Below, in pieces: positions 60,506 through 64,000 of a stretch of 64,000 nucleotides of DNA; positions within the stretch are counted from its first letter, which is position 1; each line of letters begins with the position of its first letter. The DNA comes from Daphnia carinata (taxonomy: Eukaryota). Location: positions 4,898,001-4,962,000 of the forward strand of contig NC_081332.1 in NCBI RefSeq assembly GCF_022539665.2, in the 5' to 3' direction. Both the position numbers and the translations under genes were made by a program. The notes under the pieces were generated by a model. The model had not been told where the DNA came from. It did not search any database and was given only the letters and a program-made list of their open reading frames with translations.

Positions 60506-63500
60506 CTGGAAAATGAAAAATCAATGACAGTTGGCTCATTAGACAGTTTGTTATTCAAACGCACATGAAAAACTGCTTGGGAAAAATATTCGACGCGCTA
60601 ATTACTAAAAAAAAAGTCATACAGCAAATAGCAGGGCGAAAACATCCCTCGTCGCATCGCTAGCGCGTAATTCCACAAAGCTCATCTCCTTGATTATTAT
60701 TTCAGGTTATCCATTTCATCAGCGGGAGCGGATGGGAGGAAATTCCTCTTGGGAAACGCGAGACTCATAAAAAAAAAACTGAGATTTCCGTGCATGACCA
60801 AGAATGTAATAATAATAGCTAAAAGAAAACCTACGCGTTGCACTACTGGTTCTACCACACAATATATCTACAGCGATATCGAACCAGAGTTAGGACCCTA
60901 ATCACGTCTGATCAAAACACGGCATCGCCTCTGAAAAAAAAAAAAATGAAATGAACCGGTTCGTTTCTAATGGAATCAAATGACCTCCAGAAGACAACTG
61001 GTATCCCCTTTCACTCTAAGTAAGCGCACAAGAAAAAGAAGAAGAAGAAGAAGAAGAAAAAAAGAACGTCATCGCTGTGACACTCAAAGTTCTAGCTAAG
61101 CATCATGCGAGAACAGTCGCGGATTTAATAACCACAACGGAGGGATAAGTTCCCAGAGAGATTATTTCCGGGTGGAAGGGGTGGCCGAGGTATCAGACGC
61201 GGAAAGGCGCCCAATCATACGGAGCAATTGAACCTTTTTATTTTCTAGGGATTTTTTTTTCTTTTTTGTGGTGATCTCTTATTTTTTCCATACTAAAAAC
61301 AGGAAAACGAATGGGATTTATTTTCGTTTTTAAGTTGAGGGAGAAATCCGGACCGACAGACGGTGCGGAATATTGAACTGCATTTAGGTACACGGGATGG
61401 GCTGCACACTGTGCGATGTGTTATAAATAGTTTTTTATTTTTCCCTTTTTCAAAGCGAAAGAGTACGTAAAGCAAAGATATCTACAACAGGGGGTAGTAA
61501 AGTTCTAACGTGCGCAGACGACGTGGAGAGTGCAGGATCAAAAACAGAAAAGAAAATTCTTTTTTTTGGCTTCACAACTTCATCATCTTTTTGATGGAAG
61601 CTGTTGCTAGTCTCCTTACTACGGCCTGTCATTTGTGTACAAAGAGAAAACAGAGGCACACATGCCGAGATAAAAAAAAAAAAAAAAAAGCCTTTTTTTC
61701 TTCTCCTGGCTCCGTTAATGGCGGCGCCGAGAGACGACACTTCAATCAACTGAATTTTTGCCGGGTCGTAGAAAGAAGAAACTAAAGTTCACCTCCCGCA
61801 CGGAAATTCTGACAGCAAAGGAAAGAACAAAATCCTCTATTTATATTATTATTATTTTTTTTTTTTTGCTTTTATTTCGCCATGTTTTGCGGGGTGTACA
61901 CACGAGACCATCGCAAAAGGATTTGATACGGTGCTGTCTGGTGTACAACGATGCATACAAGGCGGCCTGCTCCAGTCACAATTATCCACACATAGACATT
62001 ACTATCAGCCCCCGTGTTTCTCTTTTTCCTTTTTTTTTTTTTTTTTTTTTAAATATACGGCCATGTGGCCTGGAAAGCGCATCCGTTACGTGTCAGCGTT
62101 TGGACTAAAGAATTTTTCTCATTTTAGCCGCAACGCACGTTACGCAATTGCATACCGCGCGTGAGTGTGGGGTGTATACGTGCGCGCACGGCTAAAAAAG
62201 ACTCGTTCGCAATCTTGTTTTTTTTTCTTTTTGTTTTTTAATAAGCCAAAAAAAAAAAAAAGGAAAAAAGCAGTTGCTTAATGCAAAAATGTTTATTGCG
62301 AAAAAAAAAAATGCGCGTCCGGTTTCGATCGACACGCAGGCGCCAGCGTAATGCTTTTATGTCGCAATAAATAAATGTTCGCATATAGCAGACAAAACAA
62401 ATGGCAGTTCCGCAGTTGGATCGGTAATCAATTCCGATGTTGGATCGACCAACTTTTCGTCAGTCAAAAGACCCAAATAAACAAGAAATGCAGACACACA
62501 CACACACACACACACTCAAATACAAATGACGAAACAAGTCCTATTCCGTATTCTAGCTCAATCAGTGTGTGTGTTTGATAGGTGACAGGGAGGAGGGGGT
62601 TTCATGCCGGGGAAAGGTTTGTCTGCCCTGGCACGGTCGTTTGACTTTGGCTTTCATTAATCAAACAAAAAGACCCCGAAAACAAAGAGAAAGGGAGAAG
62701 GAGAGAGAAAGAGAGGAATGTACATATAATAAAGTGTGATCGATTCCCATGAACATGTGTAGGGAAAAAGAAAAAAAAAAAAGGGGGGGGGGAGGGAGAA
62801 CAGAGACGTGTTTGCACCGTCTCTTGTGTGTGGCAAAGGAGTGATGATATATAAAAGCCTTGAGCGCAACTAAACAACGATTTCTTTTTCTAAAGGGAAA
62901 TAGGACCACGCCCATGGTTGCGACACTCCAGCCACACGCTTTTGATGACAGCAGCAAAAGCCGGGAATATAAAAATAAAAAGGAGGCCAATATCACTCCC
63001 TTTCAGACTTGACGCATACTCCGTTCCTCAATCGTGATATAAAACGAAAATTTGAATACAATTTTTCACATCTTTCTTTCGCTTTTTCATATGGCCTTTT
63101 TTTCTTTGTCCGTTTTCCTTCATCGTTGCGGTTGAACTCACTCGGTAAACCGAATCTCGTGTGTCAGGTCTCTTCATCTTTTTTTTCTTTTTCTCACGGT
63201 TCACAGACCTTATACAATATTAATAGTCCCACTAATAACCGCTTCCACATATCCTGGAAGTCCTTATCTTTTTTTTTTTTTTTTTTTTAAAGAAAATGAG
63301 ATCGGAAGACACACAAACAAAGTAGTAAGAGGCCACCAACAGTTCGCTTTTGTTTTGCTTTTTTCAGTCAACGAATCGGAACCGCTTTTTTTTTTTCGGG
63401 CGTTCCACACGGTTAAGATCGACAAGCGGCTCGTCATATTTATGCATAAAACTACCATATGTAGAATACGTTATGGAACTATTTCATGGTTTTTATATGT

Positions 63501-64000
63501 CCATTCACTCTTACTGTGTTTTTTAACCACCGGTAGTTCCTTTCAATTTTTACCGTCTACGGGCTCCCATTTTCTCGTTGGTTTGCATCTAATCGATGCC
63601 GTAGAGTAATAACTTATGCACGGTACATAGTGTATTTCCCTTAGTGGCTTCACGGAGAGTGTACGCTAGACGGGAAAACACGAAAAAGGTGGTGTTATGA
63701 AGCGGAGCGGACGACGACTCTCTTTGCCCGTCTCCATTATTTATTACCAAGAAGGGGGGAGGGGGGGGGGGTTAGAGAGAGAAGGATGAATGCTCGACAG
63801 GACACCCCTATAGGCCTAGGCTATAACAGTGTCATTTCACCCCCGCCCTCCTCAAAAAGAAAATAACTTGAGCAATGTCACTGTCGTGCTGTTTGTTTTA
63901 AAAATGTTGTTGTTGGGACAGTCAGAGGATGAAACACAAAAAAAACAAAACAACAACAACAACACAAACAAACAAATCGAAATAGATCTGTTGGTTTTCG

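Noticed and set aside
60540..64000. Short ORFs at the right end
   Set aside because: Low-complexity non-coding sequence, most likely eva-1 intron; no convincing exon found.

Overview
Eukaryotic, AT-rich, gene-dense window with short GT-AG introns (about 55-80 nt). Gene content and intron size suggest a crustacean such as Daphnia (inference). In order: two tandem chitin-binding cuticle protein genes (-); a multi-pass membrane protein (+); an IP5 2-kinase (IPPK) gene whose inferred ~11 kb first intron contains a same-strand, intronless BTG/Tob gene with its own promoter; and a compact housekeeping block (ERMARD, TFIIA-gamma, muskelin, GT92-like, p47/NSFL1C, PEX5, HACL1, BUD23, CIAO1, NIF3L1, DUF4807). 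At ~45709-55605 there is a ~9.9 kb insertion of two ~4.9 kb foldback elements, followed by small palindromes and the 3' exons of an eva-1-like SUEL-lectin gene (-). The foldback insertion is the most unusual structure. Each unit has ~2.2 kb inverted arms carrying a decayed, intron-containing gene of unknown family and a ~0.5 kb loop with three degenerate tRNA-like modules. One unit appears nested in the terminus of the other with a 6-bp duplication, and the array sits about 12 bp upstream of a host start codon. All calls were made by eye; exon boundaries and percent identities are estimates and no database search was run.
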